Shown here: positions 1 to 7,810 of the stretch, piece after piece
Numbering within the stretch: position 1 is the first letter of the stretch
Layout of the letters: every line of letters starts with the position of its first letter
NCBI GenBank assembly: GCA_016217725.1
Contig: JACRHB010000220.1
Location: 11,970-75,969 of the forward strand
Origin: Nitrospirota bacterium
GTDB taxonomy: Bacteria > Nitrospirota > Thermodesulfovibrionia > UBA6902
Length of the DNA: 64,000 nucleotides
Direction: 5' to 3'
Made by a program: the position numbers and the translations under genes
Notes under the pieces: model-generated
Databases searched by the model: none
Seen by the model: the letters and a program-made list of their open reading frames with translations, nothing else
Told to the model about the DNA's origin: nothing

Positions 1-184
1 GGTGAGCTTTTAATTCTTCTGCCGTATTTATTACTGGATGTTTATTGTCTTTGACTTATTGTTATTAGTCTCGTTTGTCTCAGCAATTACATTGTTTGCA
101 TCAGCCACGGCTATGATGTAGTAGACGCCGGGAGTTAACCACGGAGACACGGAGAAAAAACACTTTAATGTTATTTGAGGCGTT

Positions 185-403
185 TTATGATGGGAATTTT
201 ACTTTTCTTCTTTTATATCCGACAGGGATGAAGTCGTCCTTTTCCTTTTCTTCCATCTTCTTTAATCCGACGTCCATAAGGACTCGTTTCTTCTCCTCGT
301 CTCTTTTAACGCTCTTTCTATACCTTTTAAAGCCGAGTTTGTCCTGCAAGACAAGCGATTCTACAGGCGATATATCTTCAAATTTCTTTATCCCCGGCTT
401 CAT
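185..403 (-). CDS. hypothetical small basic protein (72 aa), 4-nt overlap with the upstream nucleotidyltransferase-fold gene
   Basis: ORF overlaps the stop of 400..966 by 4 nt (ATGA-style coupling); Lys/Arg/Glu-rich; no recognisable motif. Confidence 0.3.
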   Translation of the reverse strand: MKPGIKKFEDISPVESLVLQDKLGFKRYRKSVKRDEEKKRVLMDVGLKKMEEKEKDDFIPVGYKRRKVKFPS

Positions 404-966
404 CGCTCCGCCTTCTTCTTCAATTCCAGAAGCTCGGACAGAGTATTGTTATCCGGCAGGGCTGCTTTTTTCTCCAGATAAGTCCAGTCCAATTCTTTTG
501 AATACCGCCGAACAAGCAGCTCCGCCATCTCACAGTCCATCTCTGATTTCCAATGCTTGCATGCATTCAAACGGTCTATTATCAAATCCTCTATCCCTAT
601 AATCGTGCATTGAAGGCCTTCCGTAAGCTCAACAATTTCAATCGGGGAATCTTCACCGACAAGCGATGATGCAGGAGCTTCAACAGCCATCTTCAACTCC
701 TCACTCACCCAGTACCTTCCCTCTTTCCGAAATCCGAGCTCCTTTAACACTGCGTCCAACGCCTCTCTGTCGGCATAAGCCAGATCCAGATCCGCAGTAA
801 AATAAACCTCTCTTGAGTAATACGACAAAGCACAGCCGCCTATAACTATCGGCGCAGGCTTGCCCTGCCGCTCAAGCAGGCTTGTAATCAATGCCGCCGT
901 GAGCAACTGCCTCTTTAAAGGAGACTCCGTCCGTTTTATTTTTTCGAGCGCTTCATTCGTATTCAT
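400..966 (-). CDS. minimal nucleotidyltransferase (MNT)-fold protein
   Basis: hG[GS]-x(9-13)-DhDh nucleotidyltransferase signature in 'IVIGGCALSYYSREVYFTADLDLAYA'; 188 aa; paired with a small downstream ORF. Confidence 0.5.
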   Translation of the reverse strand: MNTNEALEKIKRTESPLKRQLLTAALITSLLERQGKPAPIVIGGCALSYYSREVYFTADLDLAYADREALDAVLKELGFRKEGRYWVSEELKMAVEAPASSLVGEDSPIEIVELTEGLQCTIIGIEDLIIDRLNACKHWKSEMDCEMAELLVRRYSKELDWTYLEKKAALPDNNTLSELLELKKKAER

Positions 967-1104
967 TTCTTAATAATAGCAACTCCACGCCGTTACTACA
1001 AGTTATTCAAAGAAAAAGGCGGGGTTTACTTTTTAGACCGATTTTGATAATTTACATGCTTGATGCAACAGGGACTATTTAATTTTTTTAAGGAGGGTTC
1101 ATCT

Positions 1105-1374
1105 GTGGAAAAGATACAGATGCTTGAGGAGAAAATAACTAAAGTTATCGGCAAGATCAAAGCGCTCACGGAAGAAAATGAGCAATTAAACGTAAAGATA
1201 AACAAACTCCAGGATGAGTTGGCGGAGAAGGATGACGAGATGGCGGCGCTCAAGCGCGACCTGAGGAGCGCCGAGACCTGGAAGACGGATATAGAAAAGC
1301 TTAACAGCGAGCGTGAGGCGGTGAAGTCTCAGCTGGAGAATTTGATCAGAGAGCTTGAGTCGGTGGAGCTGTAA
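1105..1374 (+). CDS. zapB: ZapB-like coiled-coil cell-division protein (probable GTG start; ORF-track ATG at 1060)
   Basis: About 90 aa, entirely heptad-repeat coiled coil (LEEKI..KINKLQDELAEKDDEMAALKRDL..); AGGAGG 8 nt upstream of GTG at 1105; directly upstream of zapA. Confidence 0.5.
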   Translation: MEKIQMLEEKITKVIGKIKALTEENEQLNVKINKLQDELAEKDDEMAALKRDLRSAETWKTDIEKLNSEREAVKSQLENLIRELESVEL

Positions 1375-1379
1375 TATAA

Positions 1380-1646
1380 ATGCATTCCGTGGAAGTCCAG
1401 ATACTCGGCCAGAGCTATTCGATAAAAACCGACGAGGATGAGGCTTACATAAAGTCTCTGGCTAAATACATTGACGAAAAATTAAAAGAGATTTACAGCG
1501 TCGCCCCGAATATAAACCAGTCGAGGGCGATGGTCATGGCCGCCTTCGGTATAGCCGACGAGCTTTTCAAGCTTAGAGCGGAGCTTCAGCATCTGGATAG
1601 GATTATTGAGGAGAAGACGAAGATTTTATCGGGGTTCCTTGAATAG
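1380..1646 (+). CDS. zapA: cell division protein ZapA
   Basis: 88 aa; 'VEVQILGQSYSIKTDEDEAYIKSLAKYIDEKLKEI' matches the ZapA family N-terminal beta-strand plus coiled coil. Confidence 0.75.
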   Translation: MHSVEVQILGQSYSIKTDEDEAYIKSLAKYIDEKLKEIYSVAPNINQSRAMVMAAFGIADELFKLRAELQHLDRIIEEKTKILSGFLE

Positions 1647-1649
1647 GTT

Positions 1650-3152
1650 TTGAAGGATGAAGGCATAATGGAAGATTTAAACGACTTAATACAAGAGAGA
1701 CTCAAAAAGCTCAACAGGCTCCGTGAAGCGGGGATTGAGCCTTACGGGATGCCTTTTGCCGTCAAAGACAAGGCTGCGGAGGTAGCGAATAAGTTCGGCG
1801 GATTAAGCAAGGAAGAGCTTGAGGCCAAGAATGAAAGATGCACCCTTGCGGGACGCATGATCTCGTTCAGGGATTTCGGCAAGACCGCTTTCGCCCACAT
1901 ACAGGACGCCTCAGGAAAAATACAGGTCTATTTCTCAAAGGACGTTATCACGGGCAAACAGGATATTTTCAAAAACCTCGACATAGGAGACATAGTCGGG
2001 ATACACGGGCAGTTGTTCAGGACCAGGACGAATGAGCTTACCGTCCATGTAAATGATCTTACGATGCTCTGCAAATCCCTGAGACCCCTGCCGGAAAAAT
2101 GGCACGGCCTGAAAGACCTCGAGATCCGCTGCAGGCAGAGGTACGTCGACCTGATCGTCAATCCGCACGTTAAGGAGCTTTTTATCAAGCGGAGCAGGCT
2201 GGTAAAGGCGATCAGGAGCTATTTCGACGACCGGGGATTCATTGAAGTAGAGACCCCGATGATGCACCGAATCCCCGGAGGCGCGACCGCGCGGCCGTTT
2301 AAAACCCACCACAATGCATTGGGGATGGACCTTTATTTGAGGATAGCCCCCGAGCTTTATCTGAAAAAGCTCCTTGTCGGCGGTTTTGAAAGGGTCTATG
2401 AGCTCAACAGGAATTTCAGAAATGAAGGCATATCGGCAAAGCACAACCCTGAATTCACCATGCTCGAGTTCTACGTCGCTTACGAGGATTACAATTATCT
2501 GATGAGTTTTACGGAAGAGCTTATTCCTTATCTCTGCAAAGAAATAAACGGCGGCCTCCGCGTCCCATTCGGTGAGGAGAGCGGCGAATTCATTGATTTT
2601 ACACCTCCCTGGCCGCGTATAAGCATGATGGATGCGATGGCAAAGGAAGGCGTAGCCCCCGCTGTTTTCAAGGAGATGGATAAGGCGAGACAGTTCGCCC
2701 TTGACAACAAGATCGACGTCGACAGAAAAACCGTTCACGGCAAGCTACTCGATGAGATATTCAAAAAGAAGGTTGAGCCGAAGCTCATACAACCGACCTT
2801 TATAACGGACTATCCCGTAGAGCTTTCCCCTCTGGCAAAGAGGAAAAAAGACCACCCGGAGATGGCGGAGAGGTTTGAGCTTTTTATCGGCGGCAGGGAA
2901 GTCGCCAACGCCTTTTCAGAGCTGAACGACCCTGCGGACCAGCGGGAAAGATTTCAGGAGCAGGTGGAAGCGAGAAAACAGGGAGACGAAGAGGCGGGTT
3001 TTATGGACGAGGATTTTGTCAGGGCGCTGGAATACTGCATGCCCCCTGCCGCGGGCGAAGGGATAGGCATCGACAGGCTGATTATGCTGTTGACGAATAC
3101 TTTTTCCATACGCGACGTAATACTGTTCCCGCAGTTGAAGCCGGAACAGTAA
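1650..3152 (+). CDS. lysS: lysine--tRNA ligase, class II
   Basis: 500 aa; N-terminal OB anticodon-binding region and class II motifs (FRNEG, GGIGIDRL, ELFIGGREVANAFSELNDP). Confidence 0.95.
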   Translation: MKDEGIMEDLNDLIQERLKKLNRLREAGIEPYGMPFAVKDKAAEVANKFGGLSKEELEAKNERCTLAGRMISFRDFGKTAFAHIQDASGKIQVYFSKDVITGKQDIFKNLDIGDIVGIHGQLFRTRTNELTVHVNDLTMLCKSLRPLPEKWHGLKDLEIRCRQRYVDLIVNPHVKELFIKRSRLVKAIRSYFDDRGFIEVETPMMHRIPGGATARPFKTHHNALGMDLYLRIAPELYLKKLLVGGFERVYELNRNFRNEGISAKHNPEFTMLEFYVAYEDYNYLMSFTEELIPYLCKEINGGLRVPFGEESGEFIDFTPPWPRISMMDAMAKEGVAPAVFKEMDKARQFALDNKIDVDRKTVHGKLLDEIFKKKVEPKLIQPTFITDYPVELSPLAKRKKDHPEMAERFELFIGGREVANAFSELNDPADQRERFQEQVEARKQGDEEAGFMDEDFVRALEYCMPPAAGEGIGIDRLIMLLTNTFSIRDVILFPQLKPEQ

Positions 3153-3161
3153 CAAATAAAT

Positions 3162-3213
3162 AAAGTTGTTAGTTGTTAGTTTTTAGTCTAACAACTAACA
3201 ACTAACAACTTTA
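3162..3213. terminator. perfect palindrome (GTTGTTAG)n / (CTAACAAC)n between lysS and lolC; terminator-like hairpin
   Basis: aaagttgttagttgttagtttttagtctaacaactaacaactaacaacttt; the same word-palindrome recurs at 11652-11710. Confidence 0.6.
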
Positions 3214-3217
3214 CGAT

Positions 3218-4450
3218 ATGAATTTCCCCTATCATATTTTCATAGCCCTTCGTTATTTTAAATCAAAAAAGAAGCACCGGGGCATCTCCATCAACACGGT
3301 TATTTCCATAGCCGGGGTCGCGCTCGGGGTGATGACCCTCTTAACCGTGCTTTCCGTAATGAGCGGGTTTCATGAAGACCTGCAGGAGAAGATCCTCGGA
3401 GTTAATTCGCATGTCATAGTGCAGAGCTTTGACGGCAATATAAAGGATTATGAAGCGCTGAGAGAAAAGATCAACGGGCTCGAAGGCGTTGTCGGCTCCT
3501 CGCCGGTCGTATACGGGCAGGTTATGCTGCGGTTCGGCGGCAGGGCGTCGGGAGTCGTTGTAAGGGGCATTGACCCGGATATTGAGAAGGGCACGACCGA
3601 GATCCTTAACAAACTCAAAGCCGGCAGCGTTGACGGCCTGAAAGACGATACGGCAGGGACGCCGGGAATAATAATCGGCAGGGAATTAATGAGGAACCTG
3701 GGGTTATTCGTCGGAGACGATATAGAGATGATATCGCCGGTAGGCGAGCTCGGGCCGCTGGGCATGATCCCGAAGATGAAGAGGTTCAGGATAGCCGGCT
3801 ATTTTGAGGCGGGGATGTACGAATATGATTCGAGCCTCGCTTTTCTGAACTTGCACGTCGCCCAGGATTTTTTCGCATTGCGCGACGCGGTCACTACCAT
3901 TGAGGTAAAAATAAACAACCCGTATGACGCAAAGAGGACGGCGGAGAAAATCGACAAGCTTATCGGTCTTCCTTACATTGCAAGGGACTGGATGCAGATG
4001 AACAGGAACCTCTTCTCCGCGCTCAAACTCGAAAAGATCGTGATGTTCATAATCCTCACGCTGATAATACTTGTGGCTTCCTTCAACATTGTAAGCAATC
4101 TCATCATGATCGTCATTGAAAAGGCGAAGGAGATAGCCATTATGAAGGCTATGGGGGCGACCGGCAAGGGCGTCATGTCCATTTTTATGATACACGGCCT
4201 TATCATAGGCGTTTTGGGCACTGTAATCGGCGTTGTCGGCGGTTATACGCTCTGCCGGCTTTTGAAGACGTATAAATTTATAAATCTCCCTGCGGACGTG
4301 TACTACCTGAGTTATCTCCCCGTCAAGATAAATCCGTTTGATTTTTTGGTAGTCCCGGCAGCGGCGATTTTAATAAGCTTCCTGGCGACCGTATATCCGT
4401 CATGGCAGGCTTCAAAGCTCGACCCCGTGGAGTCGTTGAGGTATGAATGA
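3218..4450 (+). CDS. lolC: lipoprotein-releasing system permease, LolC/LolE (FtsX-like) family
   Basis: 410 aa; N-terminal TM, large periplasmic domain, three C-terminal TMs; FtsX/MacB-type permease motifs; followed by lolD. Confidence 0.85.
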   Translation: MNFPYHIFIALRYFKSKKKHRGISINTVISIAGVALGVMTLLTVLSVMSGFHEDLQEKILGVNSHVIVQSFDGNIKDYEALREKINGLEGVVGSSPVVYGQVMLRFGGRASGVVVRGIDPDIEKGTTEILNKLKAGSVDGLKDDTAGTPGIIIGRELMRNLGLFVGDDIEMISPVGELGPLGMIPKMKRFRIAGYFEAGMYEYDSSLAFLNLHVAQDFFALRDAVTTIEVKINNPYDAKRTAEKIDKLIGLPYIARDWMQMNRNLFSALKLEKIVMFIILTLIILVASFNIVSNLIMIVIEKAKEIAIMKAMGATGKGVMSIFMIHGLIIGVLGTVIGVVGGYTLCRLLKTYKFINLPADVYYLSYLPVKINPFDFLVVPAAAILISFLATVYPSWQASKLDPVESLRYE

Positions 4451-4463
4451 GTTTTTAAAAATA

Positions 4464-4560
4464 CACCCTCCCCTTCATCCCCTCCCATCAAGGGAGGGGA
4501 GATTAAAAAGTCTCCTCTCTCCTTGTGGGAGAGGGTTAGGGTGAGGGGGATTTGAGAGGG
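4464..4560. repeat. CCCCTC/GAGGGG hairpin-cluster repeat (family also at 39626-39731, 47556-47660, 60065-60165, 61576-61619)
   Basis: caccctccccttcatcccctcccatcaagggagggga...ctctctccttgtgggagagggttagggtgaggggga; arms of nested GC-rich stem-loops. Confidence 0.7.
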
Positions 4561-4564
4561 CTTT

Positions 4565-4822
4565 ATGCTTAAATTCTTTTTCAGGTCGATAATAGTTATT
4601 TTGATTGTAATATTTTTGTCGGCAGGGCTTGCCGTATGGAAAGGCGGGGAACCTTTCAGATGGCTCGGGGAAAGTATTGTAAGCGCGGGAGAGTCCATAC
4701 AGAGGCTCGGCGATTTTGTAGACAAGGTGAAAGAAGAAACCCCGAAGGCGAAGAAGACATATGATTTACTCAAAGAAATCTTCACTTCTGAAAAGGAGGA
4801 GGAGCAGGAAAGCAAAAAATAA
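4565..4822 (+). CDS. hypothetical small membrane protein (85 aa)
   Basis: One N-terminal TM helix (IIVILIVIFLSAGLAVW); stop abuts the lolD start (4822/4823), suggesting translational coupling. Confidence 0.4.
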   Translation: MLKFFFRSIIVILIVIFLSAGLAVWKGGEPFRWLGESIVSAGESIQRLGDFVDKVKEETPKAKKTYDLLKEIFTSEKEEEQESKK

Positions 4823-5494
4823 ATGGAGCCTTTGATAAGCGTCAGGGATTTAAATAAAATATTCATCACCCCGGGCAGCAGGATTCACGTGCTGAAAGAC
4901 ATTTCACTTGATATTCCCGGAGGAGGCTTGACCGCGCTCATGGGGCCTTCGGGGGTCGGCAAGAGCACGCTCCTTCATATACTCGGCACGCTCGACAGAC
5001 CTACGTCGGGCCATGTGCTTTATGAAGACAGGGATGTATTTGCGTTTAAGGACGACGAGCTGGCTGATTTCAGGAGCAGGGCGATAGGGTTTGTCTTTCA
5101 GTTCCATCATCTCCTGCCGGAATTCAATACCCTTGAAAACACGACAATGCCGGCGCTTATTACAGGCATGAGCTTCAGGGACGCAAGCGAAAAGGCAAGG
5201 CGTCTGCTTTCCGACGTCGGACTTTCGGAAAGACTGCTGCACAGGCCCGGTGAGCTTTCAGGAGGCGAGCAGCAGAGGGCCGCGGTTGCAAGGGCGTTAA
5301 TGCTCGACCCGAAAGTCGTGCTTGCCGATGAGCCTACGGGAAATCTCGACACCCAAACCGGCGAGGAATTATTCGGTCTCCTGATTGAGTTAAACAAGAA
5401 AGGCATAACCTTTATCATCGTTACCCATAATGAAAGCCTTGCAGCGCGGTGCGGCAGGATATTGCGAATGAAGGATGGGAGAATAATGGAGTGA
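4823..5494 (+). CDS. lolD: lipoprotein-releasing system ATP-binding protein LolD (ABC ATPase)
   Basis: Walker A GPSGVGKST, ABC signature LSGGEQQR, Walker B VVLADEPTGNLD; 223 aa. Confidence 0.9.
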   Translation: MEPLISVRDLNKIFITPGSRIHVLKDISLDIPGGGLTALMGPSGVGKSTLLHILGTLDRPTSGHVLYEDRDVFAFKDDELADFRSRAIGFVFQFHHLLPEFNTLENTTMPALITGMSFRDASEKARRLLSDVGLSERLLHRPGELSGGEQQRAAVARALMLDPKVVLADEPTGNLDTQTGEELFGLLIELNKKGITFIIVTHNESLAARCGRILRMKDGRIME

Positions 5495-5530
5495 AGGAGT
5501 TAAGAAGTCAAGGAGTGATGGAGTTTTTTA

Positions 5531-5570
5531 CTTCTGCACTTCTGCACTTTTGCACTTTTGCACTTCTTCG
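5531..5570. repeat. CTGCAC/TTTTGCAC word-repeat (half copy of the GTGCAGAAG-TGCAAAAG hairpin family; full copies at 50048-50212 and 51407-51517)
   Basis: cttctgcacttctgcacttttgcacttttgcacttcttc immediately downstream of the lolD stop. Confidence 0.6.
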
Positions 5571-5576
5571 CTTTTT

Positions 5577-6419
5577 ATGACTCACCTGTCTGACGACACT
5601 TTTGAGGCATTTCTGCCGATAATTTTAAATAGAGACACAATCGACTTGCGGGAGGTTGCTTTTATCGACCCTTTCGGAATGGTCGGTTTGCTTGAGACCG
5701 GAAGATATTTTACATTAACCCGAAAAAAACAAACCTTGCTGCTTCCCGGATCCGCAGAACTGCTCAAGTATCTTGAACGGATGGACTTCTTCAAGTTTGC
5801 GGGAAGATATTTCGAGCTTGTCCCGGAAGCGCCGGATCTCTCCGGCAAATATCTGAGAAGCGCCGTTACGGACGTTCTTCTTGAGATCACCCCGATAGAA
5901 AAATCGGACGACATCCATTACATAGTCGGAAAAGTTAAACAGCGCGCGCAGGCGATCCTTGCAAGGCACCTCCATTATAATGAAAGGGCGATAGATATTT
6001 TTATCGTCGCCCTTTCGGAAGTGTGTCAGAACATTCTCGAGCATAGTGAAAATACCGGCTTCGTAGGCATCCAGAAATATTTTTTCCAAAAACAGGAGAA
6101 GAACGTGGTGAAGATAGCGGTCATGGATCCGGGGCTGGGCTTCAGAAAAACCATCTCGGAGAGAATAGCCGTAAAAAACGATCTTGAGGCGATTGAGAAG
6201 GCTCTGCTTCACGGCGTGTCGAGATATGAAGACGCGGGAAGGGGGCACGGCCTTGCCGCGGTAAGGAGATTCGTGAGAGAATGGAATGGAAAAATCTCGA
6301 TACGGTCAGGGACGGCAAAATTGTCGATAATTCCGGATTGGGCCCGGGGGAGGGAGAAAGAAATCAATCTGACATATTTCCCCGGGGCGCAGATCAACAT
6401 AATGCTGCCGGAGGTATAA
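5577..6419 (+). CDS. GHKL-type ATPase domain protein (anti-sigma regulatory factor / Ser kinase-like); start uncertain (ORF-track start 5550 lies in the repeat)
   Basis: C-terminal region with ...NILEHSENTGFVGI...VMDPGLGF...GRGHGLAAVRRF resembling the HATPase_c N, G1 and G2 boxes; N-terminal about 100 aa unassigned. Confidence 0.5.
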   Translation: MTHLSDDTFEAFLPIILNRDTIDLREVAFIDPFGMVGLLETGRYFTLTRKKQTLLLPGSAELLKYLERMDFFKFAGRYFELVPEAPDLSGKYLRSAVTDVLLEITPIEKSDDIHYIVGKVKQRAQAILARHLHYNERAIDIFIVALSEVCQNILEHSENTGFVGIQKYFFQKQEKNVVKIAVMDPGLGFRKTISERIAVKNDLEAIEKALLHGVSRYEDAGRGHGLAAVRRFVREWNGKISIRSGTAKLSIIPDWARGREKEINLTYFPGAQINIMLPEV

Positions 6420-6424
6420 AGAAT

Positions 6425-6479
6425 GTAGCACCCCCGTTAACCGGGGGCGGTTATCGCCGGGGATAAACCCCGACGCTGC
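6425..6479. repeat. twin-hairpin element (family of 3 GC-stem/AT-loop twin-hairpin elements; the other two share a GTAGCG...CGCTAC frame, at 10500-10555 and 35205-35260)
   Basis: gtagcacccccgttaaccgggggcggttatcgccggggataaaccccgacgctgc: two adjacent G/C stems with 4-nt AT loops. Confidence 0.55.
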
Positions 6480-6605
6480 CGAAAGCAAGGTTATTGTGAT
6501 TGATATGGACAAAGAAGGCGTTCCGAATAGTCGCAACGCCTTCTTTTAAGCAATCTGTTCTGCTGCTGAATTAATTAGAGTCTATCCATAAACTCAAACA
6601 TTAAG

Positions 6606-6690
6606 CCGTCATTCCCGCAGTCTTTTGAGCGGGAATCCAGTCTTTTAAATAAGCTCTGGCTGCCCGATTACTGACTTCGGGCATGACGAA
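6606..6690. mobile_element. ~85-bp MITE-like element with GTCATTCCCG terminal inverted repeats and two internal hairpins (copies at 19926-20004 and 41897-41977)
   Basis: ccgtcattcccgcagtcttttgagcgggaatccag...gcccgattactgacttcgggcatgacg; the TIR cgtcat(t/g)cccg is shared by all three copies. Confidence 0.55.
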
Positions 6691-6732
6691 ATTGAAAATC
6701 TGTAATTTATAAACAGACTCTATTTAAGCTTG

Positions 6733-6984
6733 TTACGGCTTCTGGATAAAGATCTCCCAGTAGCCTTTGTCTTCGATTTTGATCAGCTCGAACGGAAAAC
6801 CCTGTTTCTCGCAGTATTTCGGTATGGTGTCTTCGGCGGACGCAGGCGCGTCGCAAAGCACTTTTAACAGGGTGCCGTTCGGCGCTTTCTCCATCGTCTT
6901 TTTTGTTATTACGAGCGGGTAAGGACAAACCCTTCCCAATACGTCCAGGGTCTGTGTCGGTGTTAGCGCTTTTAAGTCTGCCAT
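6733..6984 (-). CDS. tusA: TusA-family sulfurtransferase
   Basis: 83 aa; conserved CPxP active-site motif (LDVLGRVCPYPLV). Confidence 0.8.
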   Translation of the reverse strand: MADLKALTPTQTLDVLGRVCPYPLVITKKTMEKAPNGTLLKVLCDAPASAEDTIPKYCEKQGFPFELIKIEDKGYWEIFIQKP

Positions 6985-7020
6985 TATATGCCTCCTATTT
7001 TTATTTTAATTTTTAGCTTC

Positions 7021-7434
7021 TTAAAAGAAAAGCAGATGGTTCACTTCTTCCATCATCTTTGTTATGTCTGTAAAGGGAACGACTTTTACCGTTACTTCCG
7101 CGCCGAATTCTTCTGCATCGATCACAATGTCGTTCTCTGTTAAACCGAACCTGTCGAGGTCTTCTTTGCATACAAGAACGTTCAGATCGAGAAGGAGCGA
7201 CATCTTGATATGTGTTTCGGTGCTTGTAAGTTTATACAGATCCATCGCCTTCTGATCTTTTTTGCAGTTTAGAACGCCGTCGCCAATAAACGCAATGTCC
7301 GCCGTGACGACGTCGCCTTCATTCAGATAAACCTCAACGCTCTGGGACGCTATGGCATGAGTAATGGCCAGTTTTGGATTTTCACTCTTGTACCCCGGTC
7401 TTTGAACGATAAATCCGAGTTTAGTCGTTGCCAT
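7021..7434 (-). CDS. DsrE/DsrF (TusC/TusD)-family sulfur relay protein
   Basis: 137 aa; N-terminal KLGFIVQRPGY and ...VLVCKEDLDRFGL resemble the TusC/DsrF pattern; lies between dsrE-like and tusA. Confidence 0.6.
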   Translation of the reverse strand: MATTKLGFIVQRPGYKSENPKLAITHAIASQSVEVYLNEGDVVTADIAFIGDGVLNCKKDQKAMDLYKLTSTETHIKMSLLLDLNVLVCKEDLDRFGLTENDIVIDAEEFGAEVTVKVVPFTDITKMMEEVNHLLFF

Positions 7435-7436
7435 TG

Positions 7437-7796
7437 TTATTCACCTCCTATATGCAAAACCCTGTCGGCATCAAATGTGCTTGCAAGGTACCAGTCCATG
7501 CTGTGTCTCTTAAAACCTTCCATTGTATTTTCCTTGTGATAACCCCTGGCTTCAGCGCAGGCCTCACAGGCTGTCACGTTAAGGCCTTTTGCCATTAACT
7601 CTTTCAAGGGACCTTCAAGAAAAGAATAGTCTTTAAAAGCCCTCTGTCCCTTTATTGAAAGCATCGTCCCATTGCCTGAGACCCATAGATCAACTTTATG
7701 GCCTTTTTCCATGGCCGTACCTGCAAGCTTTACTGCAAAATCAAGGCTCATCGAGCCGACTAGTGAAGCAAAACAACCGATAGTAAGCTTTCCCAT
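7437..7796 (-). CDS. DsrE/TusD-like sulfur relay protein (start at internal MGKLTIG; ORF-track start 7820)
   Basis: Conserved Cys in ...NVTACEACAEARGY, comparable to the TusD/DsrE active-site region ICVAAALRRG. Confidence 0.6.
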   Translation of the reverse strand: MGKLTIGCFASLVGSMSLDFAVKLAGTAMEKGHKVDLWVSGNGTMLSIKGQRAFKDYSFLEGPLKELMAKGLNVTACEACAEARGYHKENTMEGFKRHSMDWYLASTFDADRVLHIGGE

Positions 7797-7810
7797 TGGT
7801 TCAATTCCTC

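Noticed and set aside
168-602. 144-aa plus-strand ORF
   Set aside because: Low-complexity Ser/Phe/Leu-rich translation. It lies entirely antisense to two minus-strand ORFs, one of which has a clear nucleotidyltransferase motif, so it is a spurious shadow ORF.
1935-2738. 267-aa minus-strand ORF
   Set aside because: Antisense shadow of the well-supported lysS gene.
3704-4195. 163-aa minus-strand ORF
   Set aside because: Antisense to lolC; no motifs.
5495-5570. Possible CRISPR array (regularly repeated short words here and at 9421-9448, 13048-13080, 24895-24936)
   Set aside because: The units are directly tandem (6-12 nt) or palindromic, with no unique spacers of 25-40 nt and no cas genes. 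They are microsatellite or hairpin repeats, not CRISPR.
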